A stretch of DNA of 61,539 nucleotides, filler included, from Stramenopiles sp. TOSAG23-3 (lineage: Eukaryota): assembly GCA_900128585.1 (NCBI GenBank). It is 15 parts of 15 records of this genome, joined end to end, with 100 filler letters (N's around TTAATTAATTAA, not from the genome) between each part and the next. Parts side by side here need not be neighbours in the genome. Positions count along the whole stretch, not along the records: positions 28,818 to 32,827 come from LT643993.1; positions 32,928 to 36,936 come from LT643994.1; positions 37,037 to 41,044 come from LT643995.1; positions 41,145 to 45,150 come from LT643996.1; 11 more parts are not named here. One strand, 5' to 3'. Of this stretch, positions 32,333-44,200 are shown one piece after another; position 1 is the stretch's first letter, and each line of letters opens with the position of its first letter. The notes beneath the pieces are model-generated. The model saw only the letters and a program-made list of their open reading frames with translations. It ran no database searches and was not told the DNA's origin. Position numbers and translations under genes: made by a program.

Positions 32333-32707
32333 GGGTCAAGACAATACGACGAGAAGTTCTTGTTCCACCTGCAGTCACTCAACTACGTCTATAAAACAGC
32401 GGTGTTGATTTGTTTTACCTGTTCTTTCTTAAGGCTCAAAATGAACGTTCATATCAGATATGTGAATTCATCACTTCTTCTTCTCTTCAATTTTGTAACG
32501 GCTTCTTCTCTCTTTCTCTTCTGTTTTCTAGGCGTGAATTGTGAAAATATAATATGTGATCTCTCTTCTCTCTTCTCTTTCCTTACTTCTCTTTCTTCTT
32601 CTTTATTTATTATTTATATAGAAGGCTAGACACTATGACTATTATTAATTACTACTTTTTTCAAACCTTTCAAATAATGTATTATTCCTTAATTATAATT
32701 TAAATTC

Positions 32708-32751
<44 letters not shown>

Positions 32752-32827
32752 TTTCTTTCTTTCGACTCTTTCTTTCTTTCGACTCTTTCTTTCTTTCTTT
32801 CTTTCTTTCTTTCGACTCTTTCTTTCT
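32708..32827. repeat. (TTTC)n microsatellite with periodic GACTC interruptions
   Basis: Directly visible. Confidence 0.9.
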
Positions 32828-32939
32828 NNNNNNNNNNNNNNNNNNNNNNNNNNNNNNNNNNNNNNNNNNNNTTAATTAATTAANNNNNNNNNNNNNNNNN
32901 NNNNNNNNNNNNNNNNNNNNNNNNNNNTATGGATCTATT

Positions 32940-34424
32940 TCAATCGTCGTCGTCGTCGTCGTCGTCCAGGGCAAACTTGTTCGTCTTCGCCTTCTTCTTG
33001 ACTTGAAACACAACACCGGCATCGTCCTCGTCGTCTTCGTCGCCGCCGCCGCCGCCAGAGGGGCCGGGGGCGTCCTCGTCCACCACCACCTCGTCCGCTT
33101 TCCGCTTCTTCCCGGATTCACCACTGCTGCTGGCGCTATTACTACTACTATCGTTGCTGTCTTTCTTTGGCCCTTCGGCGGCCGAAGCCCTGCCCATCGC
33201 AGCCTGTCGTTTGGCCAGGCGCTCTTCCCGGGCCTGGATCAATTTCTCTTTCTCCGCGCGCTTGCGCGCTTCCAGGTCCGCATCGAACTCGTCGTCGCTC
33301 TCGCTTTCGCCATAACTACGGTCCGCGCGATCCTCCTCGTCGCTCTCCTCGAGGTAGCGAGAATCCATCCCGCCCCGGCGAGTACTCGGGCCATTGTTTT
33401 GTGATTCCTTCTTTCTTCTGCGGGCGTCTGCGTTGAGCTGCTCTTGGATGGCCCTGGCCTTCTCCATCGCCTCCCGCTCGGGGTCTACCTTTGTCACGCT
33501 CTTCTTCAGTTTCGATCGTTGGTTCTTCGCACGTCGCGCTTGCTGCAGCTTCAACAGTGCCTTGTGCGATTTCGTGTTGAGACCAGACGGTCGAAAGGAC
33601 CAGCGGCCGGCTATCCCTGGGCCCGCACACTCCAGCACCGGCTCCTGCGGGCCCCCATCCGCTGGTGTGTGCTGCACTTCGCGGTACAGGAAGTTCGTTC
33701 CTCGTTCTAACGGCTTGAAGTCTACGATAAGAACTTCCGCGCCGACTTGGAGGGTCTTCGTCCCGTCGCTCCACGTTACGAACTTCGCGTTGCTCTCTAC
33801 CACCCGCTCCCCCTTGTCGTCGAGCACGAAATTGTTGTCGCCGTCCCGCTTGTACCGCCACCGCACGACATTAATGTGCTTGACGTTGCCGTCCTCGTCC
33901 GTGTTCCACTGCCTGTCCTCCTCCGCGTCAAACGTCGCTGGGTCAAACTCTTTAAACTGTATGCCAACCAGCTTGCTCTCTTGGATAAGGCTTATCTCGC
34001 CGTCCGTGATTTTCGTGTACGGGGGTAGGTTTAAAATCTGCGTGGCGAGTTCGGCGCCCCCTTCGGCATGCCGACCTGGCCTGGCCTGGCCACTTTGTCC
34101 CATGCCCGCGCCCTCCGTGGCGGCGCTGGCGGCGGTGGCGTCCCCTTGCCCGTCGTCCAAGTCGTCGTCCGAGTCCGAACCGAAAAGGTCCGCATCGCTA
34201 TCGTCGTCGCCTTCCTTGCCTGCGGCTTTGGCAGCGGGGGCGGCGGCGGCGGCGGCGGCGGCGTCTGGCGCCCCGTTCGACCCTGACGCCGGGATGGTGG
34301 TGCTCTCGTTCTCGTCCGAGTCCGAATCGCTCCCAAACAAGTCCTCGCCGTCGTCGGCGTCCACCGTTGGTGGCTTCGCCGGCTCGTTCGTGGGCGGGGC
34401 CGCGGGGGCAGCTGGCTCGGCCAT
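32940..34424 (-). CDS. LEO1: RNA polymerase II-associated Paf1 complex subunit Leo1
   Basis: DLFGSDSD acidic repeats, FDPATF, NVVRWR, ESNAKFVTWSDGTKTLQVG, FRPSGL..SH, DPERE. Confidence 0.92.
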   Translation of the reverse strand: MAEPAAPAAPPTNEPAKPPTVDADDGEDLFGSDSDSDENESTTIPASGSNGAPDAAAAAAAAPAAKAAGKEGDDDSDADLFGSDSDDDLDDGQGDATAASAATEGAGMGQSGQARPGRHAEGGAELATQILNLPPYTKITDGEISLIQESKLVGIQFKEFDPATFDAEEDRQWNTDEDGNVKHINVVRWRYKRDGDNNFVLDDKGERVVESNAKFVTWSDGTKTLQVGAEVLIVDFKPLERGTNFLYREVQHTPADGGPQEPVLECAGPGIAGRWSFRPSGLNTKSHKALLKLQQARRAKNQRSKLKKSVTKVDPEREAMEKARAIQEQLNADARRRKKESQNNGPSTRRGGMDSRYLEESDEEDRADRSYGESESDDEFDADLEARKRAEKEKLIQAREERLAKRQAAMGRASAAEGPKKDSNDSSSNSASSSGESGKKRKADEVVVDEDAPGPSGGGGGDEDDEDDAGVVFQVKKKAKTNKFALDDDDDDDD

Positions 34425-36142
34425 ATCTTACGAGACGGGAGGAATGAAAAGAAACAGAAAAACAAACTATCCGTCCGTCCGTCAATCAATCAATCCAATC
34501 TACCTAATCTATCTTAATCTGCGTGTTTCTTTATTTTTCAAGTGAGTACCTGCCCACCAATTTTTAGCTGTTGTATTTACCGGTAGAGTAGTAGGCGGCT
34601 AAAATTAATTTACAAATTCAGAAAAAAGCTTCCTTTTTTTTTTTTCTCGTTCGTTCTTCTCTCATTTTTTATATTTTTTTTTATTATTATTTATTATTAT
34701 TTTTTTAATTATTATTTAATCTCTCTTCTTCTTTCTTTCTTTTTTAAAGTTTAAATGCTGCTGTGATGATTAATAGTGTAGAGAGTAGAGAGGAGAGAGT
34801 GGTCTATTTATTACATTACTAATTATTTAAGTATAAATAATGTCTACACCAAGAAGGTACAGTGGTACAGTAGGAGGTATTTTAAATTAAATTAAATTAA
34901 ATTAAATTATTTTATCTCCTCTGTTGATTCGGATTCTATTCTACTAAAAATTTAGTATAGATATATTATATAGTTATATATATAGGTATAATATACTTAA
35001 TAAAACTATATTATTATATAGACTATAATATTCTATATAGGTAGAATAGAAAAACCATCATCTCTCTTTGAAAACCAACCTTTGTTTACAACCACCGATC
35101 CAACCATTTTCACAATTTTTAAATTAAATATAATTGAAACAGGAATACTGTAGTACTACAGTTTAAATTAGAATTAAGAATAGAATAGAATAGAATTAAG
35201 ATAAGAATAGAATTAAGATAAATAAATAGGATTAGGATGAATGATTGAATGGATAGAAGAAAGAAAGAAAGAAAGAAAGAAAGAATATACGCCTCCGTAG
35301 TCTTTTCTATTATTTTTTAGTAGAGTAATGTTACAATATAATGTACATATAGCAAAGGAAAGAAAGGGCTGGGGAGAGAGAAGAGAGAAGAAGAGAGAAG
35401 AAGAAAGAAGAAGAGAGACAAACTGGCTAATCCACCTACAATTCAAAGCTTGAATAGTATATATGCTATGTGTATATAAATAGGTATACTTTTATTTATG
35501 AAGAAGTGAGTTCATCTAAATCCCTATATATTTAGTCCATAACAAATGGTAGAAGGAAGAGAAGAGAAGAGAAGAGAAAGAGGCTTAGCTTAAGCTTTTA
35601 AACTAAATCTGTCTATATTTCAAATTACATACTATACAATATGAGGTACATGAATAGCACTAATTGATCCTATATTAATCACTTCTTCTTCTAAAAAATT
35701 AATTTAATTTTTTTTTTTGGATATTACTGTATTATTATATTTACAGTATTATTTTTTCTTCTATACAGTAATAAATAATAAAAATATAAAAAAATAATAA
35801 TACACCACAGTACGTAGTAGCTATTTAATAATAAAATAAAAAATATTATTATTATTATTATTACTATTAATTATTATTATTCTTTCTTCTTCTTCTTGAA
35901 GTATTTAAGAATTAAATTATTTAACAAACCCAATCCAACCCAACCCAACCCGTAAACATCTTTCTTTCTTTTTTTTCCCTCTTCTGTCCATCACCTCCCA
36001 GGCAATTGTGTTGGGTGTGTTTTAGCCGGTTTCCAGTATCGTCCGTCATCCCTCCCTCCCCTTTCTAGTTTGTGTCGTGGGTAGGTAGTTAGTGCTATCG
36101 TCTCCTCTGTGTGGTCTTCTTGCGTGTGCTTGGTCGTTGCCG

Positions 36143-36936
36143 ATGAAGAAAAGACTTGCGCACCAGATAAGCGGGGGGTCGAGCTCTGGGCAGGCGCCCA
36201 AGCTGAAGCGTGCGTCGACGGATCCACTCTCCGGCGCCGTGGCCCTTGGTTCGGAGCAGACGCTGCAGAAAAAGTTGGATGCGATCAAGAACACCTTCAA
36301 GCAGAAACGGGTCGAAGCCTATGGCCTGCGGGTGGAGGGGGCAAAGCAGCGGGTCCAGGCGGCGAACGCCCAGGCGGCGCTGAGTGCGCTGGACCGGCAG
36401 TTCGACGCCTTCCTCTCCGACCTGGAGACCTTTGGCAGGCAGGCCGGCGTGCCCGGGCCTGAGGCTGGCGGCGAGCGCTCGAGCCTGCTGAAGGTGGTGC
36501 TCGCGGCCGGCGAGGAGGACGTCGCCGCGGACACGACCAAGTACGTCCGAAAGGTTGCCCGGGTCGCGCAGGTGCTTGGCCTGGGCGGGGACGACGGGGA
36601 CGAGGACGACGAAGAGGAGGACGAGGGGGACACCGGCGTGGAAGCTGCCCGGCAGATAGAGCTGAACACCCTCATCAGCTCCCGCATGATCTCCGAGCGG
36701 GTGGGGGGTGAGGCTGCGAAGAAGTTGGAGCGGGCGAGGGCCCAGTTCAAGGCCTTGCTCGTGGCCGTCGACGGGAAGGCCCACGGGCTCGCCCGGGACA
36801 AGGTGCTGGCGGAGGCGCAGGCCGCGGCGAAGCGGCTGCAGGCGCGGATGGCCGCGCTGGAGGACCACGTGGCCGCGTCGAACTTTCAGCTGAAGGCAGT
36901 CACGGCGGAGAGGGACGAGGAGCGCGACATCAACGC
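36143..36936 (+). CDS. Hypothetical coiled-coil protein, 3'-truncated
   Basis: GC-rich ORF from ATG 36143 to the linker; high GC at third codon positions. Confidence 0.7.
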
Positions 36937-37041
36937 NNNNNNNNNNNNNNNNNNNNNNNNNNNNNNNNNNNNNNNNNNNNTTAATTAATTAANNNNNNNN
37001 NNNNNNNNNNNNNNNNNNNNNNNNNNNNNNNNNNNNTAGGT

Positions 37042-38316
37042 ATGCTGGGCGTTGTTTACCTCGGTGGAAACGGGGATGTCCCGAAAACTCTTTTGGAGAA
37101 AGTAGTAGAACCTGTTGAAACACCGCCGACGGATGACGGCACGGGGAAACCATCACCGGGCGTAGAGAACACCATTATAGAACCAACGGCCGGGGAAGAC
37201 GAGGCCAGCCCGGGCCCCGCCATGGATGAGCAAAAGGGCGGGGACGAGCAAAAGGGCGGGGACGACGGGAACGACGGGAACGCGGACGAGTCCGCGACGG
37301 AGGAAGAAGAGTCCGAGGAAGAGGAAGAAGAAATCGAACGGCCCAAGGACAAGAACGTGTCGGCGGCCATGAAACTTTTCGGGGGGGGCGGGGCAAAGAA
37401 AAAGGGGGGTCTCTTTGGCGGCCTCGTCCAGAAAAAGCAGAAGGCGGCGGCGGCCCAGGGCGGCCCCGCCCAGGCGGCGGCGGAGACCAACAACGCCTCC
37501 TCGAGCAAGCTTCTGGGGAACGCCGCGGCAGCCAGGTACAACCCGGGGGGCAGCCAGCTCCCGGAGACCCCCCAGTCGGCCGCCGTGTCCGGGCTGTACT
37601 CCCAGCTTGGGGTGGATGAATTCTCTACGAATTCGGGGAGCGCCGGAAGCGCCAGCAGAGCCTCGGTCTCCCTCGGGAACGACGTGGACGCGCTCTCCGC
37701 GCTGTTAGATAGCATGTACGACCAGGAACGCCGGGCGGGGATGAGCAGGCGGACGGAACCCCCGACGGGGAACGGGGTCATGCCGTATTTAGACATCATG
37801 ACGGTGAACACGACCCAGTTTCCATCGTCCTCGGATGGGGACGCCTTTGGAACCCACACGAAACTTTTGATAGAACCAATCTCGTTCCCGTCCCTGCGGC
37901 ACACGGGCGTGAACTCGGACCTCCTCGACCGGGTCGCCGAGGAGAAGGAGCTCCCGAAAATGTTTTACCCGAACGGGACGCGAAAGAAGACCCTTCGGGA
38001 CAGCATCAGGGGGTTGCTAAAGGAACAGCCCTTGTACGGGACGGGAAGCATGGCGGACCTAAGCCTGGACAACCTGGACGGAACCTCCAGCCGCAGCCTC
38101 CGCCGCTCGCGGTCCACCCGACGAACGAGGCGAAATTTGAGGAAAAGCAGCAGCAGGGACTCCCTTGGCCGCGCAAGCATGGGACGAAAAACGGCAGGGT
38201 CCAGTAGACAACGAATCGGCACGCGCTCCAGGCTGCGGTCGAGGGAAACCAAAGACGTCTTAGACGCCCTTCATGAAACCTTGCATTTTATGGACAGGGC
38301 CGTGATGAAGGCGTAG
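37042..38316 (+). CDS. Hypothetical low-complexity protein, possibly 5'-incomplete
   Basis: 424-aa GC-rich ORF starting at the contig edge. Confidence 0.7.
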   Translation: MLGVVYLGGNGDVPKTLLEKVVEPVETPPTDDGTGKPSPGVENTIIEPTAGEDEASPGPAMDEQKGGDEQKGGDDGNDGNADESATEEEESEEEEEEIERPKDKNVSAAMKLFGGGGAKKKGGLFGGLVQKKQKAAAAQGGPAQAAAETNNASSSKLLGNAAAARYNPGGSQLPETPQSAAVSGLYSQLGVDEFSTNSGSAGSASRASVSLGNDVDALSALLDSMYDQERRAGMSRRTEPPTGNGVMPYLDIMTVNTTQFPSSSDGDAFGTHTKLLIEPISFPSLRHTGVNSDLLDRVAEEKELPKMFYPNGTRKKTLRDSIRGLLKEQPLYGTGSMADLSLDNLDGTSSRSLRRSRSTRRTRRNLRKSSSRDSLGRASMGRKTAGSSRQRIGTRSRLRSRETKDVLDALHETLHFMDRAVMKA

Positions 38317-38915
38317 AATTGCATGTACAAAGAGGGTAAGAGAAAACTACGTTCGTAAATGTATATACTTCTTCTAAAAAGACAAATAACACTCTCCTCC
38401 TCCGCCCACCGCCCAGCAGCAGAAGAGTAGAAGAGCCGTCATTCACATATATTATGATTAAGGATTAATATATTTAATAATTAGTATTTTGTCTTTTGAA
38501 TGTTGTTATTTTTATATTATATTATATACAGATCTTGTACAAATAGTCTTCTACCTTATTTGAAAAAAGATATAAAAATATTAATCATTCTTTCTTCTCC
38601 TTCTTTCTTCTTTCTTCTTCTTTCTTCTTCTTCTTTCTTCTTCTTCTTCTTTCTTCTTCTTGTTTCTTTCTTCTTCTCTGTGAAAAAATAAAAAAAGAAG
38701 AAGAAAAAGAAGGAAGAAGAGGAGACGGAAAAAAAAAAGGAATTCTGTTCTGTTTAAAAAAATGGATTCAATATCTATCTATATCTATATATACATAAAA
38801 ATGTTACATATCAACCCAGAACGTACTGAATAAGGCCATCATTGGTTTCTTATATCCATATACGTTAGGTCGTTTGTTTGTTCACTCGTTTATTCATTTA
38901 TTCATTCATTCATTC

Positions 38916-40709
38916 ATGGCTTCGTTGATACCGTCGAACTCTTCGGTGTTGATAAAATCGCCGAGGCTGCCGGAAGATACGTACGGGAGCGTGCGATACG
39001 TTGGGGGCGTTCAAGGGACGGCGGCGCAGTGGGTTGGGGTGGAGTTGGAACAGCCTCTTGGCACAAACGATGGGACGGCAAACGTTAACGGAAAACGGTA
39101 CTTTGAGTGCAAACCAAAGTACGGCCTGTTCGTGAGGCCCTGGCTGGTGGAGGTCTTGGAAAAAGAGAACGCCAGCGGCGTGGCGGAAACTTTTGAGAAA
39201 ATTACGGCAACAGAGCTCTCGGCGTACATTCTGACAAAATGCAGGGACCTGAAGTTTCTCGACCAGGTCGCCGCTTCGGTAAAGTCGCGGCAAAAGGAGC
39301 TGAAAGCGCGAAGGGACAGGAAGGGGGGCAACAGGGCCCTGCGGGACAACATTAAAACAAAGCAACTGTTCGCGCGGGTCCGAGCTCTCCAAGATGCCTT
39401 CGTCAAGTCCGAGAAAGAATATTTTGAGAATTTGAGCCGGGTGCATGGCTTGTACATTAAAGGGTTTAGAAACGACGGCATCGTTACGAACGAGGTCGCC
39501 GAGGAGCTCTTTGCCAATTTTGACACCATCAAAGAGCTGTCCCAACACATGCTGGAAGAGATAACTGCGGAAACCGAGAGCACCGGGTTCGTCCTGGAGC
39601 GGTACGCCCCATACTTTCAAATGTACCGAGTGTATATAGAGAACCTGAACGAGGTCGCGCTGCCAAAGCTGCGGGCCCTGGAGTCGGGGGCATCCCAGGA
39701 GTCCGCCGCGTTCCAAGACTATTGCAACAACATTATTGCTACTGGTGCGACGCGGGGCTTAGAACTCGCCAGCTTGCTGGCAATGCCCGTGGAGCGCCTC
39801 CCTTGTTACGTGCAGTTGGCGCGGGACCTCTTGAAAGAGTACAAAAAGATACCCTCGACGGCCAAAGGTGCTTACAGTGAAATGGAAGCGCTCGCGAACT
39901 CGTCCAGGCGAATTGCTTCCGTCGCGATCGTCTCCGGGCTAGCCAGCCCGTCCAAACTGATCCGGTCGTTTTCCAGCACCGTGCCGAAGAGCCCGAAAAC
40001 ATCGCTAACCCCAGGAAGGGCAGTCTCAAGCGGTCCAAGGGTGAAACAGACCGGGTCAACCACGAAGAAAGCTATGCGGGACGCGCCCCTGTGCCCACAG
40101 AAACGAGGAGGGAAGCGGTCCCCAAAGGCGAAAAGGCCGAAACCTGCCAGCCCGAACAGGTCGCGGGAAGGTTCGAATGGGGCGTTGGGCCTATCGTCTA
40201 GTAGCCTTTTTACTATGAAGGGCCCCAAGAGCGCAACGAATACATTACAGATAGACAGGAAAGGCAACGAAGTGCTGTTGAAAGGCACGCCGCACTACGT
40301 GGACGTTTACCACAGCAGTGCGGATCCTGCCGCTGCAGTCAGAGGGAAGCGAGGCACCTCCAAGGTCGGGAACAAACAGAACCTTTCTGGAAAAAAGTAT
40401 GAAACGGCAGCAGAATTTCTGGACCGGACCAGTCGAAAGAAAGGGAAACGTGGTAACACAAGAAAGGGGGCATTTAAGAAGTTAGCCAAGAACCCAGACA
40501 GTCTCATTTTGAAAGCATACGGCAACGACATGATAGATTCAGCAGTCCGAAAAGGGGGCAAACAGGCAAGGCCAATGCCAAAATCTCACAAACGGAAAGT
40601 CAAAGCAAAGTCAAAAGGTCAAAAACGTGGCTTGCAAAAATACCAGGAACGAATGAATCACGCTAAAACCTTAGAAGAAGTGAAACGAAAACAAAATGTC
40701 AAGCTGTAA
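38916..40709 (+). CDS. CAP-Gly domain + RhoGEF (DH) domain protein with basic tail
   Basis: GSVRYVG..WVGVELEQPLGTNDG..GKRYFEC..YGLFVRP; DH motifs SEKEYFENL, LFANF..I, FQMY.VY..N, LASLLAMPVERLPCY. Confidence 0.85.
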   Translation: MASLIPSNSSVLIKSPRLPEDTYGSVRYVGGVQGTAAQWVGVELEQPLGTNDGTANVNGKRYFECKPKYGLFVRPWLVEVLEKENASGVAETFEKITATELSAYILTKCRDLKFLDQVAASVKSRQKELKARRDRKGGNRALRDNIKTKQLFARVRALQDAFVKSEKEYFENLSRVHGLYIKGFRNDGIVTNEVAEELFANFDTIKELSQHMLEEITAETESTGFVLERYAPYFQMYRVYIENLNEVALPKLRALESGASQESAAFQDYCNNIIATGATRGLELASLLAMPVERLPCYVQLARDLLKEYKKIPSTAKGAYSEMEALANSSRRIASVAIVSGLASPSKLIRSFSSTVPKSPKTSLTPGRAVSSGPRVKQTGSTTKKAMRDAPLCPQKRGGKRSPKAKRPKPASPNRSREGSNGALGLSSSSLFTMKGPKSATNTLQIDRKGNEVLLKGTPHYVDVYHSSADPAAAVRGKRGTSKVGNKQNLSGKKYETAAEFLDRTSRKKGKRGNTRKGAFKKLAKNPDSLILKAYGNDMIDSAVRKGGKQARPMPKSHKRKVKAKSKGQKRGLQKYQERMNHAKTLEEVKRKQNVKL

Positions 40710-41144
40710 CAAGATATAAAATGTCAAATTTGGTGGTTCATATACTCTTCAAAATATTTACTCTCGTGTATTTTGTACACATATGTAAAAGTATAAATTG
40801 CACAAACGCAAATGGAGCCACCATTTGTTGTTGTTGTATTTTACGGTGAAAGAAGAAGACGAAGAAAGAAAGAAAAAGAAAAAAAAGATATTTTTTTCGA
40901 AAAAAAAACAATTAATTATTAACCAACCACAACAATGGTGTAACAGGTCATTAGTATTGGGATGATGATGATGATGATGATTGCCAAATAAAAAAAAGAG
41001 AAAAGAAGAAGAAAGAAGAAGAACGAATGAGTCATCATCAGTTTNNNNNNNNNNNNNNNNNNNNNNNNNNNNNNNNNNNNNNNNNNNNTTAATTAATTAA
41101 NNNNNNNNNNNNNNNNNNNNNNNNNNNNNNNNNNNNNNNNNNNN

Positions 41145-41223
41145 CAACTGCTGGAAGTACGTTACCGCCCCGCCCCTACTTTGACGCCGACTTCTTCGGT
41201 GCTTCCGCCATCGCCTCTTCCAC
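41145..41223. repeat. Left copy of perfect 79-bp contig-terminal inverted repeat
   Basis: Exact reverse complement of 45072-45150. Confidence 0.95.
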
Positions 41224-41299
41224 TCCTTCCCCCACTTCATCCTCGCACCTTGAACTGGTCTGCTTTTCGTTACTGCACGGCCCCCCTCGCCCCAGCAAG

Positions 41300-44200
41300 A
41301 TGAGCTTGGCAAACGTCACCGGACCGCGTCGCGCTGGGCGGAGGAAGAAGCGAAGGAAGTACTTTACCGCGAAGAAAAAACGAAAGGCGCAACAGTACAG
41401 CATAGAGAACGAGAGTATGGTAGACAACGTAGGCAACCGCCTCTTTCAGTTTCAGGACGGCCCACGGCCGGTCATACGAAAGCAGGAACGGGACACCGCG
41501 GAACAGGACTTTTACTGCTTTGGGGTAAACCCCAAGGGGGGGGTCCCCAGGCGCCACCCCCGCCCCCCACCATCATCAGCACGGCGCGGTAGCCACCCCG
41601 CGGGCGGTTGACCTCGAGAACAGCCCCCCCGAGTCCATTTCCATGTCCATCAAGGCGGTGGATTGGAACGCTGGGGCCGAAGGTTCCGACCGTGCGCTGT
41701 CCGGCCCGAGCGTAGAGGATGGTGGGGGATCCGGGGGATCCGGTGGATCGGGGGGCGGCAGCGCGGCGGAGTCGGTCGCCCCTTCTAAGAAGAAGAAACG
41801 GAGAATGCAGCGCTCCCTCAATAGGTTTCTGGTCCAGCACCAGATGCACGAGCTTAAGCCAAGGGGTGGGCGGCACGATAATGCGTGGGACGATGGCCAT
41901 GGCCACGGCCAGGCGCCGTTCGCATCCCGCATGGGGGCGGACCGTGCCGCTGCCGACGGCACGACGACGGGGACGCTCCTGCTCCACGACTACCGAAAGA
42001 AGAAGCGCAGCGCGAAGTGGTTCCCGGACTGCGGGGGGCGCTCGAGCGAGATGATACGCCAGCGCAATAGCACCATGCAGCGCGGGCTGATGCGGACCAA
42101 CCGGGTGGTGGCTGGGAAGGGGAGGCCGTCGCTGAAGGCCGCGCTCAAGCGAGCGATGGGGGGCGGCGACCAGGATCATATGGCGATGCCGTTCGCCGCG
42201 CCGTACGACCGGGCTGCCGTGCGGGACCGAACGGACCTCATCGCATCCAAGAGGGACAATTTCACCGAGAACCTGACGACGGCCCAGCTCCAGGCAGTCG
42301 CCGCGCCGATTTTTAAGCCGCTCTGCATCGCCGCCGGCCCGGGGGCGGGGAAGACGAGGACGCTGATCAGCCGGCTCTGCTACTTGACGGACAAGTGCGG
42401 GGTCGACCCAAGGCTCTGCTTGGTGTTCACGTTCACGAAGGCGGCGACGGAGGAGATCCGGGAGCGGTACGGGGAGATCATGGCCGACTCCGGGACCCTC
42501 CCGGGCGCCCCCAAGCCCGCCATCAGAAACTTCCACTCCTTTGCGCTGCAAATTATATTGCGCCACTGCTCGGGGTATGACATTTTGGGGCGTGGGCAGA
42601 ACGTGTCCGTCCTGACCCAGCAGGAGCAGTACAACTACGTCTCCGTCGCCATTTCTCGCATACGGGAGCGCGAAAGAATTCACACGGGCAACCGGGCGCT
42701 CAACATCCCCACCCCGGTCGTGGCAAAGGACTGCGCCACCGTCGTGCACGGGGGGGCAAAGGACGACTTTGATTTGAAGGTGGGAGGCGGCGTGGAAGAC
42801 TTCGTCGCCGAGAAGCTAAAGCTTTGGGACAAAGGAAAGTGGGGGCACGGCCACCAGCAGCGGAGCATCCACGGGAGCTCGAGTTTCACCACCGCGGCGA
42901 AGGCCAAGCCGATCGGGTTCCAGAACTACCCGTTGACGGGGAAGGCGGCGCCGGACCCGGACTGCGTGACGCACTTTATGAAGTTCATCCAGCAAAGCAA
43001 GGCCCGGATGCGGTACCCGTGGAACTTTGACCAGGGCGGGGAGGCGGGCGAGGCGGCGGCGGCAGCAGCCCAAGGGGGGGACGGGGCGGGGTGCAAGCTG
43101 CCGAACTACCACCTGGACATCTACGCGGCGTACGAGGAGCTGCTGGACCTCAACAACAAGATCGACTACGGGGACTTCATCCCCGGCCTGCTCTACCTCT
43201 TTGACCAAAGCCCCGCGCTGCTGGAGGAGTACCGGCAAATCTACCGCTTCGTCTTTGTGGACGAATTTCAAGACTTGAACCTGCCACAAATCTGCCTCCT
43301 TCAGCGCCTCTGCCCATCCATGGAGGCGATGGCGCTCGCCGGGATCGACTGCTCCGACATTGGGGAGGACGCCCGGTTCCACCCCCCGTGCATCACGGTG
43401 TGCGGCGACGCGAACCAGTCGATCTACGGGTTTCGGGGCGCGTGCGGCCCGACGGCGTTTCGGTACTTCAAGACGTACTGGGCGAGCCACCGCGCCGTGG
43501 AGCTCGTTCAAAACCACCGTTCCACGAAAGCGATCGTCGTCTCTGCGAGAAACTTGATCAAGCACAACGGGGGGCGGAAGGGCTCGACGAACGCCCCGGG
43601 CGACCAGCCGCCCCCCATGGCCTACCGGGAGCAGAACGGCGAGGGGCTCCCCGTCAAAGTCTTCACGACGTGCTCCCCGCGGGCCGAGTGCGAGCGCATT
43701 GCCAACTACGTTAAGCTGAAGCACCAGAACCACGGGGTCGCGTACAACAAGTTTGCCGTCCTGGCACGGTCGCTGTACATAGTGCGGGAAATAGAAGCCG
43801 CCCTGATCAAGAAGGGGATCCCCGTGGACGGCGTGTTCAACAACAAGAACGCGAAGGAGTTCCAAGGCACCCGAGGCTCAATCCTGGAGACCCCCACGGG
43901 GTACTTTTTCTACCGCCTTGGGCACGTGGTGCTGCGCGACGAGAGCGAGGACGAGTTCCTGGACGTCATGGCGCCGGATGCGACCGTGTGCCCGTTCAAG
44001 ATCAGCAAGGCGACCGTCGCGGTCGTGCAAGAAATCGCCAGCCGGCTGGGGAACTGCACGTACATGGAGGCCGCGCGCTGGATGGTGACGGAAAGCGGGT
44101 GGAAGGAAGGCGAATGGGGAGAGCAGGGGGATGGGCCGGCGGGGATCCTTGGACTGCCGACAAAGGCCGGTGGCGCGTTGGCGCGGCCAACGGCCAAAGG

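Noticed and set aside
41176-41436. Minus-strand ORF ending in the same VEEAMAEAPKKSASK peptide as the helicase
   Set aside because: By-product of the 79-bp inverted repeat; the rest is antisense to the helicase N-terminus.
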